Positions 1 to 9,667 of a stretch of 64,000 bases of DNA are shown here, one piece after another. The notes beneath the pieces were generated by a model, which made no database searches, was not told the origin of the DNA, and saw only the letters and a program-made list of their open reading frames with translations. Within the stretch, counting starts at the first letter, position 1; each line of letters opens with the position of its first letter. The position numbers and the translations under genes were made by a program. The stretch is from an uncultured Candidatus Saccharibacteria bacterium. GTDB lineage: Bacteria > Patescibacteriota > Minisyncoccia > UBA6257 > 2-01-FULL-56-20. The stretch lies in NCBI GenBank assembly GCA_965231155.1, contig OZ246418.1:238850-302849 (forward strand), written 5' to 3'.

Positions 1-22
1 TATTTAGTTTTTTCTTACTCTC

Positions 23-469
23 TTAGAAATGCATTCCTCGGCCCATTCCCTTACCGAGTCGTGCCTTGCCATTCTCCATCACCTTCTGCATGACCGAAAG
101 TCGCTGATCAGCCTGAGCCTGAGTAATCACTCCTTTAGTAACGAGTGTTTGAAGATGCGTTTTCATCATAGTCAGATGCGCCTCCTTCATCTTTGCTTTT
201 AACTGCTCAGGAGTAATATTTTTATCAGTAGCAATCTGTTGTAACGTCTTTCCCTCAGCCCAGCCTTTTTTCACCTCATCAACGGTAATGCCTAAAAGCT
301 GTGCCTGGTTCTGAAACATTGCCGTCTGCCGAGTAGCGATTTCATCGGCCGAAAGGTTATTCATCATTCCAAATCCACCGCCCAAACCATGTGCCGAAGC
401 CACCCCCGCACCAAGTAAGCTAAACCCTAACACTGCCGGAACGAAGTAGACAAAAATCTTCTGTTTCAT
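23..469 (-). CDS. Secreted LTXXQ-motif periplasmic protein (Spy/CpxP-like), last gene of ECF sigma operon
   Basis: N-terminal signal peptide (MKQKIFVYFVPAVLGFSLLGAGVASA); 'ITPEQLKAK' LTXXQ-type motif; co-directional with upstream sigma/anti-sigma pair. Confidence 0.5.
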   Translation of the reverse strand: MKQKIFVYFVPAVLGFSLLGAGVASAHGLGGGFGMMNNLSADEIATRQTAMFQNQAQLLGITVDEVKKGWAEGKTLQQIATDKNITPEQLKAKMKEAHLTMMKTHLQTLVTKGVITQAQADQRLSVMQKVMENGKARLGKGMGRGMHF

Positions 470-648
470 AATTTTTAATTTCTATTTTATTTATTCTTTT
501 ATTAATCTTCGCTTCTCTATTCCTAGGCACAGAGATCGAAGATGAGGGATGGGCCGCGACGGAAAGCTTCCTCTCGTTCGACCCTTTCGTCCCGCCCATC
601 CCTCGCCCTATTTACTACAACGAAGGCTTTCTTATGTTGCACTGCCCT

Positions 649-1353
649 CTAACGCGAGGGGAGTCGTCGCACACCAACAGCTTGCACGGTGCCACTACTC
701 TCCGGACCAAAGATGATGACTGCATCCTTAGCCATAAACACTCGCCCTGAGGGCATCCGCGTACTGGAGGTGATAAACACTGTCGATGTTTCTCCTCTTC
801 TTGTTGTTATCAAGAAACCACCAGGGAGGACTTCTTCAATTACTCCTTTGCGCACCTCTTGCATACGAGGCGCTCCGAAATCACGATAAAAACGACCAAC
901 ACCACGGATATGATGCTCCTGTGCGAAATTACGAAATTGATTGTGGAAGTCTGCTCGAGAAATGAGGAAGCCTCCAGCGATAGCGAATGCCACAATACTA
1001 AGTATGGAATAGAGCAGGGGTCGTCGATAGGCGAATGAGTACTTCCTCACCATCACTTCCAAAATAAACATGAATACAAGCACGAAAAGAATGAGTAACC
1101 AGGGCAACGAGCGGAAAAAAAGAATCCAACCACCGAGCCCATAGACTGGCGCAAACCACACTCCCGCCTCGAAGACTTCAAAGATTACAAAGCTGGCGAG
1201 ATAAAGAACGGCGAGGAAAAGAACGCCAACGCCAGTTGCCAAAAGCGCTGCCTGCAAAACAAAATATTTCTTAGAGTGCATGGCGATCCGGCGTTCCTTG
1301 ATTGCTTTTAAGACCTCCTCCTCTACTGTTTTTTTCTTTTCCTCCTCAGACAT
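649..1353 (-). CDS. Membrane protein, putative anti-sigma factor
   Basis: Charged N-terminus followed by several TM helices; start 14 nt downstream of ECF sigma stop; position typical of anti-sigma. Confidence 0.45.
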   Translation of the reverse strand: MSEEEKKKTVEEEVLKAIKERRIAMHSKKYFVLQAALLATGVGVLFLAVLYLASFVIFEVFEAGVWFAPVYGLGGWILFFRSLPWLLILFVLVFMFILEVMVRKYSFAYRRPLLYSILSIVAFAIAGGFLISRADFHNQFRNFAQEHHIRGVGRFYRDFGAPRMQEVRKGVIEEVLPGGFLITTRRGETSTVFITSSTRMPSGRVFMAKDAVIIFGPESSGTVQAVGVRRLPSR

Positions 1354-1366
1354 GTTTTTTAAATAA

Positions 1367-1930
1367 TTATACTGGCTCGACTATTTTCTGGAGTAACAAC
1401 CGCCCTCGACGAAGACGTGAACTGACGGTTGGCACAGGAAGATGAAGAATCTCGGAAATTTCGTTATAGTTTTTATCTTCGTAATAGTAGAGCACCAGCG
1501 GTTCTCGATAGATTGCACCAATTTTATCGAGCGCTTTATCCAACATCCGCCTTACCTCTTCACGTTTCGCTTCGCCATCGGCAGTGTCAGGAGCCACTGG
1601 CTGAGGAAACAAGACATCGAGATCGAAGAAGAAAAGTGGTCCTCGCTCTCTTTTTTTAATGGCGTTGATGAACTCATTATGAGCAATGCGATATATCCAG
1701 GGAGAAAAACGTTGAGAGAGATCGAAACTCTGGATATTCACGTATGACTTTATAAAAACTTCCTGCACGATATCTTTCACCTCTTCGCCACGAAGCAGAA
1801 ACTTCCGCGCGTAACGAGTAATCTTCTCTTCATATCGCGCCACTAATACACCAAACGCTTCGGTGTCTCCACCTTGCACACGTTTAGCAATCTCTTCATC
1901 TGATTCGAGCTCTAGAGAGGAAGAAGCCAT
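1367..1930 (-). CDS. RNA polymerase ECF-type sigma-70 factor
   Basis: Sigma-70 region 2 ('FSPWIYRIAHNEFINAIKKR') and region 4 HTH ('NYNEISEILHLPVPTVSSRLRRGR'). Confidence 0.8.
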   Translation of the reverse strand: MASSSLELESDEEIAKRVQGGDTEAFGVLVARYEEKITRYARKFLLRGEEVKDIVQEVFIKSYVNIQSFDLSQRFSPWIYRIAHNEFINAIKKRERGPLFFFDLDVLFPQPVAPDTADGEAKREEVRRMLDKALDKIGAIYREPLVLYYYEDKNYNEISEILHLPVPTVSSRLRRGRLLLQKIVEPV

Positions 1931-2196
1931 ATAGAGGAAGCTTGCCTATCTTACTACAAAAAAGCAAACCTAATGTTGCTCACTAAGAGAAAAACCCTCT
2001 CTTCAGAGTAGTTTTTGCAACACTAAAGAGGGGGTACGAGAGCTGGGGGTCCGAAGACGCACCCAGCCCTCGCACGAGGATCGCGAGGAGCTCGCCCTAG
2101 GGGGTTAGCTCGACTCGCAGGAGGAATGGAAGATAGCGGGCCGCGCAGCTGAGGAGCTACGCGGATGATACTGCTGCTGAAGATCGAGCAACTTCG

Positions 2197-2649
2197 TCAG
2201 GCTCGCAACGCCTGCGCCTTGAAGATGGTCGAGGCGAAGACGCCGGTATCGCTCGTCTGCTGACCGCCATGTGCCGTCGTCGGAGTTCCGCCCGTCAGGT
2301 GCGCAACCGCGCCAGCCAAGAAGGGGTTCATCGCCACGCTCGGATCGCTCTTCGTCAGACCGCCGCTTTGGGTTTTCGCCACCGATCCGGTGTCGAAGTC
2401 ACTGCGGTCAGTCGCCGCCGGAGAACCACTCACCATCTGGTCGCTCTTCGTCGCGACGTCGAACTGCACTGCCTGGGCTTTGTCCTTGGCATCGGCCACC
2501 AGATCGGGCGGGACGACGCCATGCTCCACCGAAACGCTCGGCGGCGCCTTGGTTGCCGCGGCAGCAGCGGGGTGAGAGGTAATGAGGCCGATGGCCCCAA
2601 CCAAAGCCAGAGTCGAAACTCCGGCCAACCACTGTGAGATACGTCGCAT
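2197..2649 (-). CDS. Hypothetical secreted Ala/Thr/Gly-rich protein inside a GC-rich island (start taken at MRRISQ, inside the longer track ORF 2197..2769)
   Basis: Signal-peptide-like 'MRRISQWLAGVSTLALVGAIGLITSHPAAAA'; local GC about 60% versus about 43% in flanks. Confidence 0.35.
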   Translation of the reverse strand: MRRISQWLAGVSTLALVGAIGLITSHPAAAAATKAPPSVSVEHGVVPPDLVADAKDKAQAVQFDVATKSDQMVSGSPAATDRSDFDTGSVAKTQSGGLTKSDPSVAMNPFLAGAVAHLTGGTPTTAHGGQQTSDTGVFASTIFKAQALRA

Positions 2650-2997
2650 GAGCGACCTCCTTTTGCGAGACAATCTAGTGTCCCGCGGGCTAGGGATGGG
2701 TTGCGCGGAGATTAAGGCCCTCCGCATGGCCCCTCGGCTCCAACAACCTCTTCTTCCACAATGGACCACAGATCCACCACACCACCACGGTCCTCAGCAG
2801 CCACAACAGCCACTCATCTTGCAATCACCAGGACTGCAACCGTTTCCTTTCCATTCCAGTGAGGCGAGGATTTTGGCTCCGTAAGCAGAGCGGGGACAAA
2901 ACTCTCGCCTCACATATTCATTTAAAGTTCTGAGAATAATTCTACCCCTCAGGATAATTTTTGCAATATCTAAGCCCAGGAATGTGGATAACCAGTC

Positions 2998-4086
2998 CTA
3001 GAGAGTAATTAAGCTTTTTCGAGCCTTCGTCAGTTCCTTCAGCTTCCCTTTTTCTATAGCATAAAGGTCTTCGATCCGCACTCCGCCAAACCCTGGAATA
3101 TAAATCCCCGGCTCAATCGAAAAAACCATCCCCTCCTGAAGGAGGTTATTGGTCCGCGGAGAAAGATGAGGTAGTTCATGCACCTGGAGTCCAATGCCAT
3201 GACCAAGGGAATGCGAAAAATCCGGGAAGCCCTGTTTTCTAATATACTCACGAGCCACTAGGTCAACTTCGGACGCCTTCACCCTGCTTGTTATATGTTT
3301 CTTTATATACTCCCCAGCTTCCTTCTGTGCTCCAAGGACCGCCTGATGCATTTTCTTCTGTTTCTCTGAAGGCGTTCCATAAAAAATAGTTCGCGTCATA
3401 TCCGAGCAGTACCCATTTATCTTCGTACCAAAATCGAGAAGAATAAACTCGCCCTTAGATCCCTTGAGTTTTGTCTGACCAGTGTGATGATGCGGTACTG
3501 AGGAGTTTTTTCCGAAGGCCACAATTGTTTCAAATGAGAGTTTTCCTCCCTTACTTTTTATAAATTTCTCCATCTCCCAGGCCACCTCCACTTCTTTTAT
3601 TCCTGGTGTAATAATCTTCAGAATATGCTCAAACGTCTGATCGCCAAGCCAACAGGCCTTCTCAATATTCCTTATCTCCCAGCTTTCTTTAATCACCCGG
3701 AGAGATTCGATATCAACTCCTTTTACTTTAGAAATCGCGCGAGTAAACAACTTATGTTCTGAGACCTTGAGGTCGCTTTCCTCGATTCCCACCGTGCGAA
3801 TCTTCTGCTCTTTCGTAATGCCCTTCAGTAACTCCAAAAAAGAAACTCCGCGTCCTAATTCAACCAGTTCAAAATCCTTCACCTGTTTTTTAACCGCCTC
3901 GCTATATCGTCCATCGGTAAAGATATAGTTTTTCTTTTTAGTAATGAGCAGATAGGCTTCCCGCTCCTCAGTAGAAAAGTTGGAGTAGTCCGTCAGATAA
4001 CTGATGTGGGCTACCGAAGAAATCAGCACTGCATCAACCTTATTCTTTTTCAGTACCTGTCGAATAACAATAATGTGTTTACTCAT
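2998..4086 (-). CDS. pepP: Xaa-Pro aminopeptidase (M24 family)
   Basis: M24 metal-binding motifs 'DFGTKINGYCSDMTRT', 'HSLGHGIGLQVHE', 'EPGIY'. Confidence 0.8.
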   Translation of the reverse strand: MSKHIIVIRQVLKKNKVDAVLISSVAHISYLTDYSNFSTEEREAYLLITKKKNYIFTDGRYSEAVKKQVKDFELVELGRGVSFLELLKGITKEQKIRTVGIEESDLKVSEHKLFTRAISKVKGVDIESLRVIKESWEIRNIEKACWLGDQTFEHILKIITPGIKEVEVAWEMEKFIKSKGGKLSFETIVAFGKNSSVPHHHTGQTKLKGSKGEFILLDFGTKINGYCSDMTRTIFYGTPSEKQKKMHQAVLGAQKEAGEYIKKHITSRVKASEVDLVAREYIRKQGFPDFSHSLGHGIGLQVHELPHLSPRTNNLLQEGMVFSIEPGIYIPGFGGVRIEDLYAIEKGKLKELTKARKSLITL

Positions 4087-4163
4087 TTTTCCATTATAAC
4101 TTCTTACGAAATATCCTGCTTATACGAACACCTTTGAATATTTTTGAGTTCCTGCGAGTTGGT

Positions 4164-4199
4164 AAGTAAAAAAATGCCTCAGCTATAAAGCGCTGAGGC
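4164..4199 (-). terminator. Rho-independent terminator overlapping the 3' end of 4179..4718
   Basis: Perfect 8-bp stem gcctcagc/gctgaggc followed by a T-run on the minus strand. Confidence 0.6.
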
Positions 4200-4718
4200 T
4201 GGGTCACGATTTGTTCTTCGGAGTAATCCTGGACGCCTCTCCCTTTCGGCCGAGCTACTCCACTCCTTCACCCCACGACGGAGATACTCGGGACTGATTT
4301 CGAGCATCTCGCAGATATTTTCAAAGGAGAAGGGCCAGCGACGATCATTGTCCATGATCCACTGTTCAGCATCTCTGAAGAGATCCTTCCCGCGAAATCC
4401 TCTCGCCCCCCAATACTTCTGATAACAATCGAGGGCATCCTGCAGTACTGCGAGCATGAGCCTCTTCTCTCCGCGGACATTACTTCCCCCGCGAAAAGCA
4501 ACGTAGAACTGAGCCGGCAGTATTGTATCCGGCTCAAATAAAATACTACTCTGAACCCCTGCATTGAATGCCATCTGCACTCCTCCTTGATGACCTGGCG
4601 CCATCATACTGAATACTTTTCCCTGAAACAAGCCCCTCACTTCTTCGTGTTTATTATCAAAAAAATCGCCAGACTCAGATGAGGTGGCGAAAGAATCTCC
4701 TATTCGATGGTTCGGCAA
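4179..4718 (-). CDS. Hypothetical protein
   Basis: 179-aa ORF with its own terminator; no recognisable domain. Confidence 0.4.
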   Translation of the reverse strand: MPNHRIGDSFATSSESGDFFDNKHEEVRGLFQGKVFSMMAPGHQGGVQMAFNAGVQSSILFEPDTILPAQFYVAFRGGSNVRGEKRLMLAVLQDALDCYQKYWGARGFRGKDLFRDAEQWIMDNDRRWPFSFENICEMLEISPEYLRRGVKEWSSSAERERRPGLLRRTNRDPASALYS

Positions 4719-4894
4719 GAAAAGCGAAGTAGGAGAAGGAGGGCGATAAAAGAAACTGCAATGACTCCTACTCCCGCCAGGATCCCCCAGACGAAAACGA
4801 TCCCGCTAAGGAGGGCTACCGAAACGAGGAAAACAAGCGGTAGGGATATTTCCGGTGAAAAGGCTCCCTCTTCCTCTTCTTTATATTCAGTCAT
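4700..4894 (-). CDS. Small membrane protein (hypothetical)
   Basis: 64 aa, acidic N-terminus plus two hydrophobic helices; lies between the Cys-rich gene and 4179..4718. Confidence 0.3.
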   Translation of the reverse strand: MTEYKEEEEGAFSPEISLPLVFLVSVALLSGIVFVWGILAGVGVIAVSFIALLLLLRFSCRTIE

Positions 4895-4995
4895 GCGCGC
4901 TCCTCTCTATGGCTAAGAATACCTCTCTCAACAAAGATGTAAAGATCTTTTGTGTTATTGCAATTTATTCTCCCCGCTCCACGAAAAAAACAAGC

Positions 4996-6699
4996 CTATA
5001 CCACCTCGGCCTGATAACACTGCTCACAGTAAACAATCTCCGGACGGTCTGGTGCGTAGGAGGTTTCTATTTCTTTGGCACACTTACTGCAGGTGCGGTG
5101 ATATAGGCGGGGTAGATTTGTCCGGACAAGACGTGCTTTTTGGCGACAACCCTGGCACCTGGTCGGCAGTGGAAGTGTAAATCTCCTCATTAAACTTATC
5201 TCTCCGGGCACAACTCGAAAGGCTTTACCGCACTCTTCGCACCCAATCGTCTCGTTCAATACTGAGTCATTAGTCTTTTCTATCCTGTCTGGAAGATGAG
5301 ATCCTTTAATAGTAATCGAGGGCTGATTTGTCTCTCCCTCATACCAACCAAACCCCTCCCGAGCTGCCTCTTCTTTCGTCTTTGGGAAAAATAACTGGGC
5401 GAGCGTTTCGTTGTAGGCAAATGAAGAAAGACTGCAAGGTAAAAACTCGCCATAAGACCAGATTCTTCCCTGAGAATCAATATAAGGGTTCTTTTTCATA
5501 TCCTCCTCGATCTGTGCCACTAACTTCTCATACACTTCTTTCGGATACTGCTTGTTCAAAATACAGTAGTCTTTACGCTTAAGATTAATACACCCAAATA
5601 CATGCTTCGCAGAAATAGCATAGACTGAGTATTGGTTATCCAGCGCGTCAGGCCAACACTCAAAAGAAAACTTCACATCGCTCGCCCCTTCGCCAATAAC
5701 CGCTCCTTCATATATTCTTTCTGCACCATTCCCCCAACCGGAGTAATCGTAGACATCACGTGCGGCTGGGAAACTCACAAACTGCACAAAACGACCATCC
5801 TCAACACTCGTTATCATGTAGGCATCCTTCACATTCTTCGATTCGTAGACATAATCACCAGTTACGCCCACATTCAGACTATTCCCAACATATACTCTTC
5901 GTGGATGTTTATTCCAAAACTCATAGGCTTTTTTCTGCATGGCTTCCAGAGAAGCACGAGACTGGAGATTCATCTCCTCAAGCTTTTTAAAATACCCTTC
6001 TTTTGTGTATTGCTCATTCCAGATACAGTAGCTCTTACTCCGCAAGTTCACGCATCCAAAACAGTTCGTACAGCCTGTGCAGCTTCGAGAGAACCACAGA
6101 TCGCTACAAGAGTCACACTCCTCAGAGAAAAATGTCTGATAGCACTTACTGCATCCCACATCCTCATAACACAGCTCACTCTCTTTCATTCGATAGCAAT
6201 CGAGTGAGTCTTTAAGTGCATTCAAAAAAGTAGAATAGTAGGCATTTTCACAATAGTCGGCCCAAAAAATAAGATAACTATCTTTGCAGTGACCAAGCGC
6301 GTTTGAGTAATCACAGTTTTTGTTTGTGAGGTAGGCAGCTTCAAGAGCTTGCCAAGGAGTTTTCTCGGCGAGCTCCTTTAGCTGAAGCAAAAACGGTCGA
6401 GAGGGATCATAGTCCATTCCGTACTCAAGACCATCCCAATCATCTGACCACCAACAGGGCATACAGTAGACAGTCTTCTTCTTATCTGGGGAGTAGATAG
6501 TGAGCATGCTCTTTTCACACTTGGCACAGTTACGCTTATAAAGACTCCAGATGTTCGTAAAGGCGAAGCGCCGCATCATTCGACACTCCGGACACCAGGT
6601 CGGCGGAGGAACTGACATTTTTTTATAGAAATCAAAATCCTGGGGTTCGACGGTAAAACTCGCTTTGCAGTTTTGACAACCCTTGGTCTCTGAATTCAT
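4996..6699 (-). CDS. Cysteine-rich multi-zinc-ribbon protein, paralog A (unknown family)
   Basis: 567 aa with >40 Cys. N-terminal CxxC...CPxC ribbon, internally repeated 'FGC(V/I)NL+xKxYCIxNxQYxKExY' units, C-terminal 'RCQGCR...CSKC...CEQC' ribbons. N- and C-termini shared with 6710..8467. Confidence 0.6.
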   Translation of the reverse strand: MNSETKGCQNCKASFTVEPQDFDFYKKMSVPPPTWCPECRMMRRFAFTNIWSLYKRNCAKCEKSMLTIYSPDKKKTVYCMPCWWSDDWDGLEYGMDYDPSRPFLLQLKELAEKTPWQALEAAYLTNKNCDYSNALGHCKDSYLIFWADYCENAYYSTFLNALKDSLDCYRMKESELCYEDVGCSKCYQTFFSEECDSCSDLWFSRSCTGCTNCFGCVNLRSKSYCIWNEQYTKEGYFKKLEEMNLQSRASLEAMQKKAYEFWNKHPRRVYVGNSLNVGVTGDYVYESKNVKDAYMITSVEDGRFVQFVSFPAARDVYDYSGWGNGAERIYEGAVIGEGASDVKFSFECWPDALDNQYSVYAISAKHVFGCINLKRKDYCILNKQYPKEVYEKLVAQIEEDMKKNPYIDSQGRIWSYGEFLPCSLSSFAYNETLAQLFFPKTKEEAAREGFGWYEGETNQPSITIKGSHLPDRIEKTNDSVLNETIGCEECGKAFRVVPGEISLMRRFTLPLPTRCQGCRQKARLVRTNLPRLYHRTCSKCAKEIETSYAPDRPEIVYCEQCYQAEVV

Positions 6700-6709
6700 A
6701 TTCCGCTTA

Positions 6710-8467
6710 TTATACTACTTCCGCTTGGTAGCATGACTCACAGTAAACAATCTCCGGGCGGTCTGGTGCGTAGGAGGTTTCAAAATGTTCGGAGCAAGGA
6801 GTAGCTCCGTGGACGTGAGAGGCATTGTTTTTATAACCATTTTTTCTTGCTTCTTCACCACCACACTCACACTGACGCTCAAAGTAGCGAGGCGGATTAA
6901 CCAATGACGCCCGACGAGCAGCACGACACGGCACGCAGGTTCTTGGTAACGGCAGATTCATCTGTCGTAAAAACTGTAATTCAGAAGCAATGATCCTATA
7001 GGCTCGCTTGCATGAACTGCACTGAATCAATTCCTTTAAAATCTCCTCGCTTACCTCCGCAATGGTCGCTGGCAAACTATCAGCCGTACGTGTTGTCTCG
7101 TACTCTCGGACATCTGGATCTCGCCAAAAAACATTCTTTGCCGTAGCTTCTTCTTTAGTTAAAGGGAAGATTTCTTGGCGGGCGGTTTCATTATAGGCAA
7201 ACGGAGAAAACTCATCAGGACAAAATTCGCCATACTTATATATATTTCCCTTTGCATCCTTATAAGGCAATGCATTCATCTGCTCGATAATCTTCGGCAC
7301 TAAACGTTCGTACTCTTCTTTCGTGTACTGTTTATTCAAGATACAGTACTGCTTTTTCTTCAGAGAAACGCACCCAAAACAATCGGAAGATGAGCGACAG
7401 AAGAATGCGTACTCCATCGCCCGACATGAGGGCCAGGACTCAAAGCAAAACTTTTCCTGATTACATTGATCACCACAGGTCAGACACTCATACATCTGCG
7501 TGGCATTATTCCCCCAAGGACCATAGTCGTAACAGTCTTTTGTGCCAAGGTAAATATTATAAAGATACTTACTGTCCTGGGCGTCGTCTACAAAATAACT
7601 CGACTTCACATTCTTTACATTGTGTAGGTAATCCCCACTCGAATCAATAATCCGAAATCCCCGATAATATTTATTTGGAAAGGCCAGAGAAAACTCCCGA
7701 GTCTTTTTGAGCGCTGTCTGAAGACCACTCCAGGAATCTAGTTTCAGTTCGGCTATCTTTTTTTCATACTCCTCTTTACTGTACTGCTCATTAAAGAAGC
7801 AAAATGACTTCCCTCGTTGATTTACGCACCCGAAACAGTTCGTGCAGTTGGTACAGTTTTTAGAAAACCAGACATCAACACAGGCTTCGCAGTCCTCGGA
7901 AAATACTGTGCGATAGGAGTTATTCACCGACACGCACTCATACGAAGACTGGTTATCATTAGAAAGGGCGCAGTCAAAACAGGCGGTACACGCCGTACAC
8001 TGAGTTGTATAGGCCGAATCTTCCATGCGGTCACCATTAAAACAGAGATAGCAATTTTTAAAATAACCAGCCTGGTCACAGTAGTCAGAATTAACCATCC
8101 CCTGCACACTCTTCGATGGCCAGGGTACGGAGTAGAGCAGCTCTCTGAACTGTTCAAAGAAAGGACGAGAGAAATCATACTCGCGACCGTACTGGAGCGG
8201 GTCCCAGGCGTCTGATTTCCAGTACTCGTGATCGTAGACCGTGCTTTGAATGTTCGGTGGAAAGCCAGAAAATATCTCTTTCCCAGAAGCATCATCTTTC
8301 CGTCGAAAAAGTAGCCGGCCGTTCCGCCAGGCCAGACGCCGTTTTAACCGACACTCTGGACAGAAGGTCGGTGGAGGCACAGCCATCTTTTCATAGAATC
8401 CAAAATCTTGCGGTTCAATACTGAAATTCGCTTTGCAGTTTTGGCAGGTGCGGTTTTCTGATTCCAT
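6710..8467 (-). CDS. Cysteine-rich multi-zinc-ribbon protein, paralog B
   Basis: 585 aa, same architecture and motif order as 4996..6699; identical C-terminal 'ETSYAPDRPEIVYCE(Q/S)CYQAEVV'. Confidence 0.6.
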   Translation of the reverse strand: MESENRTCQNCKANFSIEPQDFGFYEKMAVPPPTFCPECRLKRRLAWRNGRLLFRRKDDASGKEIFSGFPPNIQSTVYDHEYWKSDAWDPLQYGREYDFSRPFFEQFRELLYSVPWPSKSVQGMVNSDYCDQAGYFKNCYLCFNGDRMEDSAYTTQCTACTACFDCALSNDNQSSYECVSVNNSYRTVFSEDCEACVDVWFSKNCTNCTNCFGCVNQRGKSFCFFNEQYSKEEYEKKIAELKLDSWSGLQTALKKTREFSLAFPNKYYRGFRIIDSSGDYLHNVKNVKSSYFVDDAQDSKYLYNIYLGTKDCYDYGPWGNNATQMYECLTCGDQCNQEKFCFESWPSCRAMEYAFFCRSSSDCFGCVSLKKKQYCILNKQYTKEEYERLVPKIIEQMNALPYKDAKGNIYKYGEFCPDEFSPFAYNETARQEIFPLTKEEATAKNVFWRDPDVREYETTRTADSLPATIAEVSEEILKELIQCSSCKRAYRIIASELQFLRQMNLPLPRTCVPCRAARRASLVNPPRYFERQCECGGEEARKNGYKNNASHVHGATPCSEHFETSYAPDRPEIVYCESCYQAEVV

Positions 8468-8494
8468 TATATTTATTAAAAGAATACCATCTTC

Positions 8495-9094
8495 TTAACT
8501 GCGAATCATGCCCGCCTTCTGCAGTATCTCGTACTGATTAGGATTAAAACGTTTGATATACTCGATAATTTTTCCGGTTTTTCTGACCTCGGTGGAAATA
8601 CCTTTCTCCTCTAGGAAAGCGAGAATCTTTTTCTCGGCTTCTTCGGCTTTTAAGGCATCCTCGACCATGAGCTCAACCTCTCCTAGCTCAAAGCCAAAGT
8701 CTGCCTTATCAAGATCAACTGCAAACTCCTGATTCCTATATTTTCGACGCGTGGAGACAACTCGGCAAAAGACTGTATACCCACAAGCCTGCAGTTCTGT
8801 CTCGAGGGAAGATTCTTTAGGTAAATCGAGAGCAGTTTTTATTGCTTCGTCATCCTCAAGCTCTTCATATTGATTAGCTTTTCGCTTATCAAACTCCCAT
8901 TCATTATTAACTGGTTTTTTCAGTTCGAACCTCCCGTTTCTTTTTCTTAACCAAAAGTCCCGAGTGGTCAGTCCGTAATCTGCGGTATCATAATAAGCAT
9001 CATCAATCGTCTTTTCAGAGAGGAGCTGGGCTCCTTCGATTAATTTTTTCTCAGCTTCTCCCTCTAAGCTCACTTTTATTTCTACTTCAATCAT
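8495..9094 (-). CDS. CYTH-domain protein (thiamine-triphosphatase-like triphosphate tunnel metalloenzyme)
   Basis: N-terminal 'IEVEIKV' ExExK motif; 'DAYYDTADYGLTTRDFWLRKRNGRFELK' resembles ThTPase/CYTH core. Confidence 0.7.
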   Translation of the reverse strand: MIEVEIKVSLEGEAEKKLIEGAQLLSEKTIDDAYYDTADYGLTTRDFWLRKRNGRFELKKPVNNEWEFDKRKANQYEELEDDEAIKTALDLPKESSLETELQACGYTVFCRVVSTRRKYRNQEFAVDLDKADFGFELGEVELMVEDALKAEEAEKKILAFLEEKGISTEVRKTGKIIEYIKRFNPNQYEILQKAGMIRS

Positions 9095-9103
9095 ACTTAG
9101 TAA

Positions 9104-9667
9104 CTATTTCTGACGGAGCTGATAGATTTGAGTATCGTAGCCTCTTTTCTCTTCGTCACCACGAGATAATCCTAGAGATTCTAAGGCTAGGAAAAGATCT
9201 TCTTGCACTTGTCCCGGATCAATGTCGTCAGTGGTTAGCTTCTCAAGCTCCACAAACGAACCAAGCTCCGCAACCTCATCAAGACAGATCTCATATTCTC
9301 CAAACCTTCCTTTGCGACGAACTTTTTTTACTTCAACTTGCGGTCGATAGCCCATAATTAATAATATCTGATGAATCGCCTCCGGGTCTTTGACCTCTGA
9401 TTCATACTCAATGTTGTCTAACTCGCTCGAACGTTGTTGCTTGAGATTAAATTCTGCTTTGCCATCTTCACGACGAATTCGAACTACGACATGACCAGTT
9501 TTTGACTCATCCCACTCATGGGTACTTCCTCCGAAAGAGTAGATAACATCGTGCTGATGGATGGGCGCCGAGAGAAAGCAACCTCTTTTTTCAAGCTGAG
9601 TCTTCAACTCCTCGAGACTGGAGACCCTCAGTTTAATTTCGATCTCACGCATATTTTTTGAAAACAC
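9104..9667 (-). CDS. CYTH-domain protein (CyaB-like class IV adenylate cyclase / triphosphatase)
   Basis: 'REIEIKLRV' ExExK motif; 'ILLIMGYRPQVEVKKVRRKGRFGEYEICLDEVAELGSFVELE' matches the CyaB fold pattern. Confidence 0.75.
   Translation of the reverse strand: MFSKNMREIEIKLRVSSLEELKTQLEKRGCFLSAPIHQHDVIYSFGGSTHEWDESKTGHVVVRIRREDGKAEFNLKQQRSSELDNIEYESEVKDPEAIHQILLIMGYRPQVEVKKVRRKGRFGEYEICLDEVAELGSFVELEKLTTDDIDPGQVQEDLFLALESLGLSRGDEEKRGYDTQIYQLRQK

Noticed and set aside
5280-8295. Numerous 60-190-aa ORFs on the plus strand inside the two Cys-rich genes (e.g. 5632..6207, 7817..8215)
   Set aside because: All are antisense to long, motif-rich ORFs and have low-complexity composition.
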